Positions 15,666 to 23,333 of a DNA stretch of 25,385 nucleotides are shown in pieces (within the stretch, counting starts at the first letter, position 1; each line of letters starts with the position of its first letter). The translations under genes were made by a program, and so were the position numbers. The notes under the pieces are model-generated. The model was given only the letters and a program-made list of their open reading frames with translations. It was not told the origin of the DNA and did no database searches. The stretch is taken from contig JACPWU010000015.1 in the NCBI GenBank assembly GCA_016196885.1, positions 1 through 25,385 on the forward strand, written 5' to 3'. This stretch comes from Chlamydiota bacterium (GTDB lineage Bacteria > Auribacterota > JACPWU01).

Positions 15666-15754
15666 ATGTACGAATGTGCCAATGTGCCGATGTGCCAATG
15701 TCAAAAGATCATTCCTTGTTTCATTGGCACATTGGCACATTGGCACACTGACAC
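15665..15754. repeat. Opposed octamer word arrays forming a 25-bp stem hairpin
   Basis: The left array is aatgtacg aatgtgcc aatgtgcc gatgtgcc aatgtcaa (15665-15704). The right array is cattggca x3 then cactgaca (15722-15753). Positions 15676-15700 pair with 15722-15746 with a single mismatch. Located between the lpxK stop and the next start. Confidence 0.9.
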
Positions 15755-15763
15755 AAGGTAAAA

Positions 15764-17671
15764 ATGATTTTCCTACGTTTACTCGATTGGATTATTTGGC
15801 TTCTTCCCTCCCGTCTCACGTTATTTTTCGGACGCATGCTGGGGACGTTCATTTATAAAATAGATCGAAGACATCGTGACATTGCCCTCTCTAATTTAAA
15901 AGAAGCCTATCCTGCCTACACACTTCTTCATCTGAAAAAAATTGCAAAGGGGGCATTTCAACATTTGGTGCTATTGGGGTTGGAGATTTTAATTCTTTCC
16001 CGAAAATCCCCATTGAAGTGGAGAGAAAAGGTTTTTGATGAAGGGCTTGAACATTTGGAAGAGGCTCGGCTTCGACAGAAGTCTATTCTTTTTCTCACGG
16101 GACATGTCGGGAATTGGGAGATTTTGGCGATGCTGGGCCGCTGGGCAGGTTTTATCGAGTCTGTGATTGCAAGGAATCCTACTTCTAAAAAAATGCAGCA
16201 CTGGATTGATTCGATTCGCAGGCGCTATGGTGTTCAAGTGATTGGGAAAGGCCAGCTTCGTTACATCATTGAGGAGTTTAAGCATCAAAGGACGGTCGGG
16301 GCCTTGATTGATCAAGATGCGGGACGTCGGGGGACTTTTGTTCCTTTTTTTGGCCGCTTGGCTTCTACGCCCACAGGGGTGATTCGGCTGGGATTAAAGG
16401 CGGGAGTGCCTATCCTACCTGCCTTTTCGAGAAGAATTTCGGATCGTTTAGAATATCGTCTGTGGATAGGCGAAGATTTAACAAAGGGTTTGGAAAATCT
16501 TCCCTTGAGAGAAAAGGAAAAAAAAGTTTTGGAAAGATTTACGCAAGCACTTGAAAGATTTGTCAGAGAAGATCCTTCGCAGTGGTTGTGGCTCCATCGT
16601 CGTTGGAAGACAAGGCCGTCACAAGAGATGCCGCGACCCCGCAAGAAAGCCCTTTTCTTGACAGATGGGAAGGCGGGACATTTTAATCAGCTTTTGGGAA
16701 TTTCGAGAGGACTTGATTCCTGGGAGAAAAATTTTTGTTTGATTGAATTTAAATCTCGTTTTCACAGGGCCTGGGTGTATGGGATGGCCTTGTGTAGCAT
16801 TTCCTCCATTCGTCTTTTGAGATGGGCCTTGCTCCCCTCCTCTCGGAAGGATCTCCCCATTTGGGCTCCCTCTGTCATTTTGGCTTGCGGGGGAACGACC
16901 GCGACAGCCGCTTATGTTTTGAAACATTATTATGGAAGTAAAACGGTTGTTTTGATGAGATCGGCCTTTTGGCAAGTGGAGAAAATGTTTGACCTTGCAA
17001 TTTTGCCCCTTCATGACAAACCCAAGAAAAGGGCCCATGTGATACAACTTTTAGGATCTCCGAGCATTGTCACTCAGGACCTGCTTTATCAGGCCTCTAT
17101 TCAATGGGTCGAGAGGTTAAAGTTAGGGTCGGGTCGGAAAATCGGAGTTCTCGTTGGGGGGGATTCTCCTCGTCAAAAAATGGGTGTAGAGGTGATGAAA
17201 AAGGCAGTGGAGTTTTTGCAGAATCATAAGGGGGAGTATGAGATTCTTTTAGCAACTTCTCGAAGAACGCCGAAGATCATAGAACATTTAATTAGAGATG
17301 CCTTGGAAGGTCAGGATCGTGTGCATTTGCTTTGGGTGAAAGACAATCCCGATAATCCAATTCCTGGAATTCTGGGAATCTCGGATGTGGTCCTCGTGAC
17401 GGAGGATAGTTTTTCCATGCTGATGGAGGCCATTCATTCGGGGCGGCCTGTGATTTCATTGCGTTTGTCTCTTCCTGGATGGCAGTCTTTGAAATATGAG
17501 GAGACACTTTGCGGTCTAGAAAAAGAGGGGCGTTTGATTCGTTCCTCACCCGAGGGATTGGAAAAATCTTTCGAGATGATTTTAAGAAAAGGTTCATTTT
17601 CGAAGAAGGTGAATAATCCTGAGACGGAACAGGCGGTGAAGGCGGTGTTGAATTTGATGGGGGAAAAGTGA
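15764..17671 (+). CDS. Fusion protein: lipid A late acyltransferase (LpxL/HtrB family) + ELM1/DUF1022 (COG3660) domain
   Basis: The N-terminal 290 or so aa carry the LpxL-family active-site context FLTGHVGNWEIL, plus ALIDQDAGRRGTFVPFFGRLASTPTGVIRLGLKAGVPILP. The C-terminal 330 or so aa begin KKALFLTDGKAGHFNQLLGISRGL and include VLVGGDSPRQ, as I recall for Mito_fiss_Elm1/DUF1022 proteins. It is a single uninterrupted ORF of 635 aa. Confidence 0.78.
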   Translation: MIFLRLLDWIIWLLPSRLTLFFGRMLGTFIYKIDRRHRDIALSNLKEAYPAYTLLHLKKIAKGAFQHLVLLGLEILILSRKSPLKWREKVFDEGLEHLEEARLRQKSILFLTGHVGNWEILAMLGRWAGFIESVIARNPTSKKMQHWIDSIRRRYGVQVIGKGQLRYIIEEFKHQRTVGALIDQDAGRRGTFVPFFGRLASTPTGVIRLGLKAGVPILPAFSRRISDRLEYRLWIGEDLTKGLENLPLREKEKKVLERFTQALERFVREDPSQWLWLHRRWKTRPSQEMPRPRKKALFLTDGKAGHFNQLLGISRGLDSWEKNFCLIEFKSRFHRAWVYGMALCSISSIRLLRWALLPSSRKDLPIWAPSVILACGGTTATAAYVLKHYYGSKTVVLMRSAFWQVEKMFDLAILPLHDKPKKRAHVIQLLGSPSIVTQDLLYQASIQWVERLKLGSGRKIGVLVGGDSPRQKMGVEVMKKAVEFLQNHKGEYEILLATSRRTPKIIEHLIRDALEGQDRVHLLWVKDNPDNPIPGILGISDVVLVTEDSFSMLMEAIHSGRPVISLRLSLPGWQSLKYEETLCGLEKEGRLIRSSPEGLEKSFEMILRKGSFSKKVNNPETEQAVKAVLNLMGEK

Positions 17672-17682
17672 AAGAGAGAAGG

Positions 17683-17813
17683 AATGCGGGTCCTGTCCCT
17701 CCTCACCCCCATCGACGGCATCGGTCTCGGTATATTTTTTGAGGGGATGTACGAATTTTAGTCTCGACCTGCTGGCGCTCGATGGGGGACCCCCAGTCGG
17801 GCCACCCGCAATT
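17683..17813. repeat. Nested inverted repeats in the acyltransferase/GT spacer
   Basis: The outer pair is aatgcgggt (17683-17691) / acccgcaatt (17804-17813). The inner pair is cccccatcga (17706-17715) / tcgatggggg (17779-17788). The outer word resembles the aaatgcgggt/acccgcattt tips of the long-hairpin element. Confidence 0.5.
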
Positions 17814-17876
17814 TCGTTTGAATAAAAGTTGTCACTTTCCCCAAGGGGGGTGTGGGGAAGTAACGATGGAGAATTT

Positions 17877-19958
17877 GTGAAAATTTTACAAATCGTTCCA
17901 GAGATGAAAATGGGAGGCGTGGAGACGGGGACTTTAGATTTGGCCAAGGCTCTGGTCGAAAGAGGCCATCAGGCTTTTGTGATCAGTGCGGGAGGGCCGA
18001 TGGTTTCTGATTTGGAGCGCAGGGGGGTGTGGCATCTGGAGCTTCCTGTGTGCCGAAAATCTCCTGGGACGATTTTGCGGATGTCTCGCCGCGTGAGAAA
18101 ATTCATTCGCGATGAGAAAATAGACATTGTGCATGCCCGTTCTCGAGTGCCAGCTTGGATTGGTTTTTTAGCGGTTCGCGGAACGAAGGCCCGCTTTCTC
18201 ACGACCGCCCATGGTTATTATCGCCCTCATTGTTTTAGCCGTGTGATGGGCTGGGGAGAGCGGATCATTGCGATTTCAGAATCGATTCAAGAGCATTTGA
18301 TTCAAAATTTTCATGTTTTCCCGGATCGGATTCGTTTGATTCATCGCGGAGTGGATTTGAAGAATTTTTCCTATCGTGAAAAGTTGATTCATCCCCATTC
18401 TCTTCGCATTGGAATTTTAGGTCGGTTGACACCTCTCAAGGGACATGAATATTTCATCAAGGCCTTTCAAAAAGTGAGAGCCGTTTTCCCGGATGCGAAA
18501 GGCATGGTTGTTGGAAGTGCACCTCCTTCCAAAAAATCTCATGAAGAATTTTTGATTCGTTTGCGGGACGAGTTGGGTTTAAAAGAAGCGATTGAGTTTA
18601 TATCAGGGACTTCGCAGGTGGCGGAAATTTTGAAAACGCTGGATGTTCTGGTTTTAGCCACCACGACGCCGGAAGGTTTTGGCCGTGTCATCATTGAAGC
18701 CCAAGCGGTGGGAGTTCCCGTTGTAGCAACCGCTGTGGGAGGGGTTGTGGATGTTATTGAGCATGGGAGAAACGGATGGCTTGTTACCCCAGGTGATTCA
18801 GAATCTTTGGCCCGTACCCTCCTTTCAGTTTTGCAGGATTCTCCTCTCACTTTGAAAAATATTCGAGAGGCGAGGCGTCGGGTGGAAGAAAGATTCACAT
18901 TGGATTTGATGGTAGAAAAAACGCTTGAGGTCTATCAAGAACTTTTGAAATCTCCAAAAATCTTGGTCATCAAATGGAGCGCCTTGGGAGATATTATTCT
19001 CGTCAGCCCCTCTTTGAGGGCGCTTCGATCGGCTTATCCTCAAGGGGAAATTTCTCTTTTGATTGACGAGGCCTACGGTGAGATTGTACAAAATTCTCCT
19101 TATGTCGATCAGAAAATTTTGATTCGGAGAAAAAAAGGAGGATTCAGAAATTTTTTTCGCTGGCTCCATGAAATTCGCATCCGTAAATTCGATGTCCTCA
19201 TTGATTTTCAAAACAGTGAGAAATCTCATCTACTGGGGTGGCTCAGTCAGATTCCCAAACGCATCGGTTATGGTAGAAGAGGACGGAATTTCTGCCTCAC
19301 GCATCCCTTGCGTTATCAGCCAGAGTCAGGGCCCGTAGAAAGTCAAAATCGGCTTTTGAAATTTTTAAATATTTCGATGAATGATTTTCATCTTGAAATG
19401 TGGCCGTCTCGTCCAGAGGAGGCAAGTGTCGAGAAGAGTTTAGAAAGACAGGGAGTTTCTTCTCGGGAAAAAATGGTTGCCCTTTTCCCTTTTTCCAATG
19501 CACGTTGGCAGACCAAACAATGGGGTCTGAATCATTTTATAACTTTAGCTGAATGTGTTTCAGAGAAATTGAAGATGATCCCTGTTTTTATCGGAGGTAA
19601 AGAGGACGCCCTCTTCAAACCTATCTTAAAAGATCGGTTGAAAATTCGTTATTTGGATTGGATTGGCGAGGCGAATATGGGAGAGCTTTCAGAACTGTTG
19701 AAGCGATGCTGTGTTTTGGTGAGCGGAGATTCGGCTCCTTTACATGTGGGGGCGGCATCCGGGACTCCAGTGATTGCATTTTTTGGCCCGACAGATCCAA
19801 GGCGTCATGCACCTCCCGGTCGTGTGAAAATTTTGACGCAGGCGGTTCCCTGTGCCCCGTGTTATTCTCCGACGTGTCGGATTAAGACGCACGATTGTCT
19901 AGAGGAAGTCACGGTTGAACAGGTGTTCAATGCCATTCAGGAAATCTTGAAAAGATGA
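17877..19958 (+). CDS. Fusion protein: GT4 (RfaG-like) glycosyltransferase + GT9 (heptosyltransferase-like) glycosyltransferase
   Basis: The N-terminal half reads KILQIVPEMKMGGVETGTLDLAKAL and EGFGRVIIEAQAVGVPVVATAVGGVVDVIEHGRNGWLV (GT4 E-x7-E region). The C-terminal half reads KILVIKWSALGDIILVSPSLRAL, SGDSAPLHVGAASGTPVIAFFGPTDP and the Cys motif CAPCYSPTCRIKTHDC (GT9). GTG 17877 is preferred as the start, with GGAG 5 nt upstream. The ORF is open from TTG 17829. Confidence 0.85.
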   Translation: MKILQIVPEMKMGGVETGTLDLAKALVERGHQAFVISAGGPMVSDLERRGVWHLELPVCRKSPGTILRMSRRVRKFIRDEKIDIVHARSRVPAWIGFLAVRGTKARFLTTAHGYYRPHCFSRVMGWGERIIAISESIQEHLIQNFHVFPDRIRLIHRGVDLKNFSYREKLIHPHSLRIGILGRLTPLKGHEYFIKAFQKVRAVFPDAKGMVVGSAPPSKKSHEEFLIRLRDELGLKEAIEFISGTSQVAEILKTLDVLVLATTTPEGFGRVIIEAQAVGVPVVATAVGGVVDVIEHGRNGWLVTPGDSESLARTLLSVLQDSPLTLKNIREARRRVEERFTLDLMVEKTLEVYQELLKSPKILVIKWSALGDIILVSPSLRALRSAYPQGEISLLIDEAYGEIVQNSPYVDQKILIRRKKGGFRNFFRWLHEIRIRKFDVLIDFQNSEKSHLLGWLSQIPKRIGYGRRGRNFCLTHPLRYQPESGPVESQNRLLKFLNISMNDFHLEMWPSRPEEASVEKSLERQGVSSREKMVALFPFSNARWQTKQWGLNHFITLAECVSEKLKMIPVFIGGKEDALFKPILKDRLKIRYLDWIGEANMGELSELLKRCCVLVSGDSAPLHVGAASGTPVIAFFGPTDPRRHAPPGRVKILTQAVPCAPCYSPTCRIKTHDCLEEVTVEQVFNAIQEILKR

Positions 19959-21010
19959 AGTTGAAATTTATTCCCCGCCGGATTTTGATGATATTGCCCA
20001 ATTGGATTGGGGATGTTCTTTTCACGACTCCTGCGATTCGCGAGCTGAAATTAAATTTTCCTCATGCTGCAATCACCGCAATGGTTTGGCCAAGTTGTGT
20101 AGAGGTCTTGAGAGGGAATCCAGATCTGAATGAAATTTTGCCTTTGGATGAGAAGGGTTTTTATCGAGGTTTCAAGGGAAAGGTCAGGCTTCTTTTTGAT
20201 TTAAGGAAAAAAAATTTTGACACGGTTTTTATTTTTCATCGTTCAAGAACCCGTGCCATCATCTCTTTTTTGGCGGGTATTCCACAACGGGTGGGCTATC
20301 AAATGCCGGGTCGAGCGCGTTTCCTGAATGTCCCCCTTCCGCATCAAGATTATGATTTGGTTCATCGAGTGGATTACTACTTGGGACTTGTGAGGGTGTT
20401 AGGGCCTAAAATTCAGGAACCCGTTCAATACGTGTTCAGCGTCGGAAAAAGTGATGAAAACTGGGCATCCCTCTTTCTATCGAAAAAAGGCATTCGGGAA
20501 GGGGATTTAAAGATTGTGATGAATCCAGCGGGAAACTGGGCACCCAAACGATGGTCTCCCTCTCTCTATGGAAGGTTGGCGAGGTTGATGATGGAATCTT
20601 GGAATGCGCGGGTGATCCTGATCGGCACAGTGAAGGATGAAAAAATATTTCAAGAAATGAGAAAAGAGGCGGGGCCCTCTTTAATCTCAGTTGTCGGCGA
20701 CACAAATTTAAGAGAGATGGCGGCTCTTTTAAAAGCATCAGATCTTTATGTCGGGAATGATTCGGGGCCTACGCATTTGGCTCATGCCATGAAAGTTCCT
20801 TTGATTGCACTCTTCGGTCCCCAAGATCCTAAAATCACAGGCCCTTATGGAGAGGGAAGGGCGAAAGTGATTTTTAGAAATAAAGGATGTCAGGTGCCCT
20901 GTTACAGACCTGAGTGTGAAACGAACCGTTGCATTGACGAAATTACAGTGGAGGAAGTTTTTCAAGCTGCGGCGGAGATTTTGAAGGGGACGGTGACAGC
21001 GTGTTGTTAA
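19955..21010 (+). CDS. GT9 family glycosyltransferase (LPS heptosyltransferase-like)
   Basis: 351 aa. Motifs are RILMILPNWIGDVLFTTPAIREL, GNDSGPTHLAHAMKVPLIALFGPQDP and CQVPCYRPECETNRC. The ATG overlaps the upstream stop (ATGA at 19955-19958). Confidence 0.9.
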   Translation: MKLKFIPRRILMILPNWIGDVLFTTPAIRELKLNFPHAAITAMVWPSCVEVLRGNPDLNEILPLDEKGFYRGFKGKVRLLFDLRKKNFDTVFIFHRSRTRAIISFLAGIPQRVGYQMPGRARFLNVPLPHQDYDLVHRVDYYLGLVRVLGPKIQEPVQYVFSVGKSDENWASLFLSKKGIREGDLKIVMNPAGNWAPKRWSPSLYGRLARLMMESWNARVILIGTVKDEKIFQEMRKEAGPSLISVVGDTNLREMAALLKASDLYVGNDSGPTHLAHAMKVPLIALFGPQDPKITGPYGEGRAKVIFRNKGCQVPCYRPECETNRCIDEITVEEVFQAAAEILKGTVTACC

Positions 21011-21049
21011 CAGCATAAATCTAATTGAGAATTGTCCATTATCAATTCT
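21011..21049. repeat. AT-rich heptamer words of the same family as 6881-6975
   Basis: The units are ttgagaa ttgtcca ttatcaa ttcta... The 14-mer ccattatcaattct (21036-21049) is identical to 6940-6953. The sequence aattgagaattg is the reverse complement of caattctcaatt at 6947-6958. Confidence 0.75.
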
Positions 21050-22045
21050 ATGAAAATCAATCCAGATAAAATTCAAAAAATTCTTTTTATCAGTTTAAGC
21101 AATATGGGCGATGCCATTTTGACCACGCCCTGTCTTGATCTGACGCGCCGTTTTTTTAAGAGGGCTAAAATCACGGTGATGGTGGGCCCTCGGGCTCGGG
21201 AAGTTTTCGAGGGTCATCCTCAGGCGGATCAACTGATGGTTTATGATAAACAGGCCTCTCTTCGAGAGAAAATGGCGCTCATGTTAAAATTAAGAGAGCA
21301 ACATTTTGATTTGGTGATTGATCTAAAGCATACCTGGATCCCTGTGTTGATTCGTCCTCGCTATGCCACCCCTCTTTTTCGAAAAAAGGGAGAGGGACAT
21401 GCCGTGCGTCGTCATTTGGCAAACCTAAAAGCGATAGGGATTGAAGGATCTTGCGGCTTTGTTTTTCCAGAACGCATGGAGGATCGTAAAAAAGTTGAAA
21501 AAATACTTTCAGATCAAGGGATTCCTCGGAATTCTTATGCGGTTTTAGCGCCAGGCGCTGCAAGCTCCTTGAAGCGATGGCCGATTGAAAAGTTTAAACA
21601 ACTCGCGGAGAAATTAAAAAGTGAAAATTCTCTTCCCGTTATTATTGTAGGGGCTTCTAGCGATCAAAAGGAATTCGAAAATTTCTTTCCCTCTTCAGAA
21701 TGGCTGAATTTAACCGGAGAATTCTCTTTGATGGAATTGGGAGAACTCCTAAAAGGGGCAAGGCTTTTGATCACGAACGATTCGGGCCCCATGCATTTAG
21801 GGGCTGCTTGGGGTACCCCGACCCTTGCCCTTTTTGGTCCCACGGATCTAGAGAGATATGGACCCTATGGCTCCATGCATCGGGTCGTCCGGCTTGATTT
21901 ACGTTGCTCCCCCTGCATGGCCGCAACGTGCAGGATCAAAACCCGCGAATGCCTCGACCATTTGGAGGTGGACCCAGTATATCAGACGGTTGGAGAAATG
22001 CTCTTGAATCCAGTAGAAATGGCCCGTTCTTGTTTTAAGAACTAA
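21050..22045 (+). CDS. GT9 family glycosyltransferase (LPS heptosyltransferase-like)
   Basis: Motifs are KILFISLSNMGDAILTTPCLDL, TNDSGPMHLGAAWGTPTLALFGPTD and CSPCMAATCRIKTREC. ATG 21050 is preferred. The ORF is open from TTG 21032, but those codons are the repeat words. Confidence 0.9.
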   Translation: MKINPDKIQKILFISLSNMGDAILTTPCLDLTRRFFKRAKITVMVGPRAREVFEGHPQADQLMVYDKQASLREKMALMLKLREQHFDLVIDLKHTWIPVLIRPRYATPLFRKKGEGHAVRRHLANLKAIGIEGSCGFVFPERMEDRKKVEKILSDQGIPRNSYAVLAPGAASSLKRWPIEKFKQLAEKLKSENSLPVIIVGASSDQKEFENFFPSSEWLNLTGEFSLMELGELLKGARLLITNDSGPMHLGAAWGTPTLALFGPTDLERYGPYGSMHRVVRLDLRCSPCMAATCRIKTRECLDHLEVDPVYQTVGEMLLNPVEMARSCFKN

Positions 22046-22055
22046 TCGTAATTGG

Positions 22056-22243
22056 ACCCAAGAACAGAGATAGAAAATGGAATTTGACACATCCCCTGGG
22101 GACTATAAAAACATGACATCTTGACCCATCTGAACTTTCAGAAAATCTCGACATACCTTACAGGTATGCCTCGAGTTTTCTTCAAGTCCATCTGGGCCAA
22201 CCTGTCGCTCTTGAGTTCTCATTTTCTATCTCTGTCCTCGGGT
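22056..22243. repeat. Long imperfect palindrome (third long-hairpin element)
   Basis: Terminal IR: acccaagaacagagatagaaaatg (22056-22079) versus the reverse complement of cattttctatctctgtcctcgggt (22220-22243), with 3 mismatches in 24. The inner arms also pair (ttgacccatctgaactttcagaaaatctcga versus the reverse complement of the right arm). The apex is catacct-tac-aggtatg at 22152-22168. Confidence 0.75.
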
Positions 22244-22294
22244 TGGATTGAAAATGGGACTACATATGTGGTAACATGTTATAGGAGGTGGGTC

Positions 22295-22688
22295 ATGAGG
22301 TATGCAACAGTTCGTGAGTTTAAAATGAATGCCACACGTTTTAGCTTTGCAGGAAGAGATGTGGATCTCACCCGAAACTGAGCAAGAACTTTTGAAGGTG
22401 AATCAGCGTATCGGTAAAAAATTGAATGGATGGCAGCAAATTCGATGGAATCAGCTTTTCCTTCCACTCATTGCTCAAATGGAGCGTGCTATCGTGAAGC
22501 ATCGTGTTTGTATCTGTAGGGATTTAAAAGATGATGCCTATTTATCTCTTGCTAGGGCCGTCGATGCGAATTTTTTGGTGACAGGAGGCAAAGATTTGCT
22601 GAGTCTATCAATGGCACAGCTCGAGACTGTAGGACTCGCCCATCTTACAATTGTGTCGCCTAGAAAGTTCTTGGGGTGCCTAGCTTAA
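22295..22688 (+). pseudogene. Decayed TA locus: truncated Phd/YefM-like antitoxin start fused out of frame to the C-terminal two-thirds of a PIN_3-type toxin
   Basis: A strong AGGAGG (22283-22288) precedes ATG 22295, giving MRYATVREFKMNATRFSFAGRDVDLTRN and then a stop at 22379-22381. The +1 frame continues as ISPETEQELLKV ... VCICRDLKDDAYLSLARAVDANFLVTGGKDLLSL ... IVSPRKFL. That matches the distal part of PIN_3 family toxins, but the N-terminal catalytic Asp segment is absent. Confidence 0.55.
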
Positions 22689-23113
22689 GCCCCCATCTTT
22701 GTGAAAAGCTGAGCCAGTTCAGGATCGTTCATGACCGAAGCAAATCGAGGATGCGTTGCGATTTTTGCAAAATTTCCTGAAGAGGCTAGTTTTTGAAAGA
22801 GAGGATCTTTCATCAACCTTTGAATTTTGGGATGACCCATCACATTCTGAAAATTTTCACTCTTTTTTAATTCATCTACGGGCTGCATTTCCTTCATGAA
22901 TTTCAAAAGCGATGGATCCTTCATGAGGGCCGCAAATTTGGGATGAGTGGCGATTTTCCCCATGTCCTGACCTTTGGCCAATTGCTTGAATTCAGGGTCT
23001 TTGAGGAGTCCCTGCATCTTGGGGTCATTCATGAGTGCTTTAAATTTATCGTCCTTCATGAGGCGCCGCATGTCTTTCATTTGTTTTACTTTTTGCTTTA
23101 TTTTTTCAAACAT
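22685..23113 (-). CDS. Repeat protein with four STI1/DP-like motifs (HPKF..LMKDP.F..L), function unknown
   Basis: 142 aa with no signal peptide. The internal repeats are DDKFKALMNDPKMQGLLKDPEFKQL, HPKFAALMKDPSLLKFM, HPKIQRLMKDPLFQKL and HPRFASVMNDPELAQLF. Its stop shares the TTAA with the stop of the convergent PIN remnant. Confidence 0.7.
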   Translation of the reverse strand: MFEKIKQKVKQMKDMRRLMKDDKFKALMNDPKMQGLLKDPEFKQLAKGQDMGKIATHPKFAALMKDPSLLKFMKEMQPVDELKKSENFQNVMGHPKIQRLMKDPLFQKLASSGNFAKIATHPRFASVMNDPELAQLFTKMGA

Positions 23114-23184
23114 ATTTTTCTCCTAAATTTTAAGAATGATAGAATACCCTCTTATTAAAACGAACCTCAAAGGACCTTTTTTCC

Positions 23185-23271
23185 CTCCCCTTGGGTTAAG
23201 GGGAGATCAGGAGGGGTTACGAGAGCGACGCTCATAACTCCCCCTTCCCCTCTTATCTCAAGAGGGGAGTT
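23185..23271. repeat. G/C-rich REP-like double-hairpin module, copy 2
   Basis: Hairpin ctcccctt-gggtt-aaggggag at 23185-23205. Hairpin cccctctt-atctc-aagagggg at 23247-23267, nested in aactccccc...ggggagtt (23236-23271). Each hairpin is inverted relative to its counterpart at 8791-8878. Confidence 0.8.
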
Positions 23272-23333
23272 GTAAGGTCATAGCAAGATATACATGAATC
23301 GCTTTTTTGAGTCAATCTGAAAGGAGATTTTCA

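Noticed and set aside
15665-15754. Tandem word arrays as a CRISPR array
   Set aside because: The units are only 7-8 nt, contiguous and without spacers. The two arrays are reverse complements of each other. There are no cas genes.
22121-22381. 86-aa ORF
   Set aside because: Its first 58 codons run through the right arm of the 22056-22243 palindrome. Only the last 28 codons, from ATG 22295 with a strong RBS, look genuine; they are the antitoxin stub.
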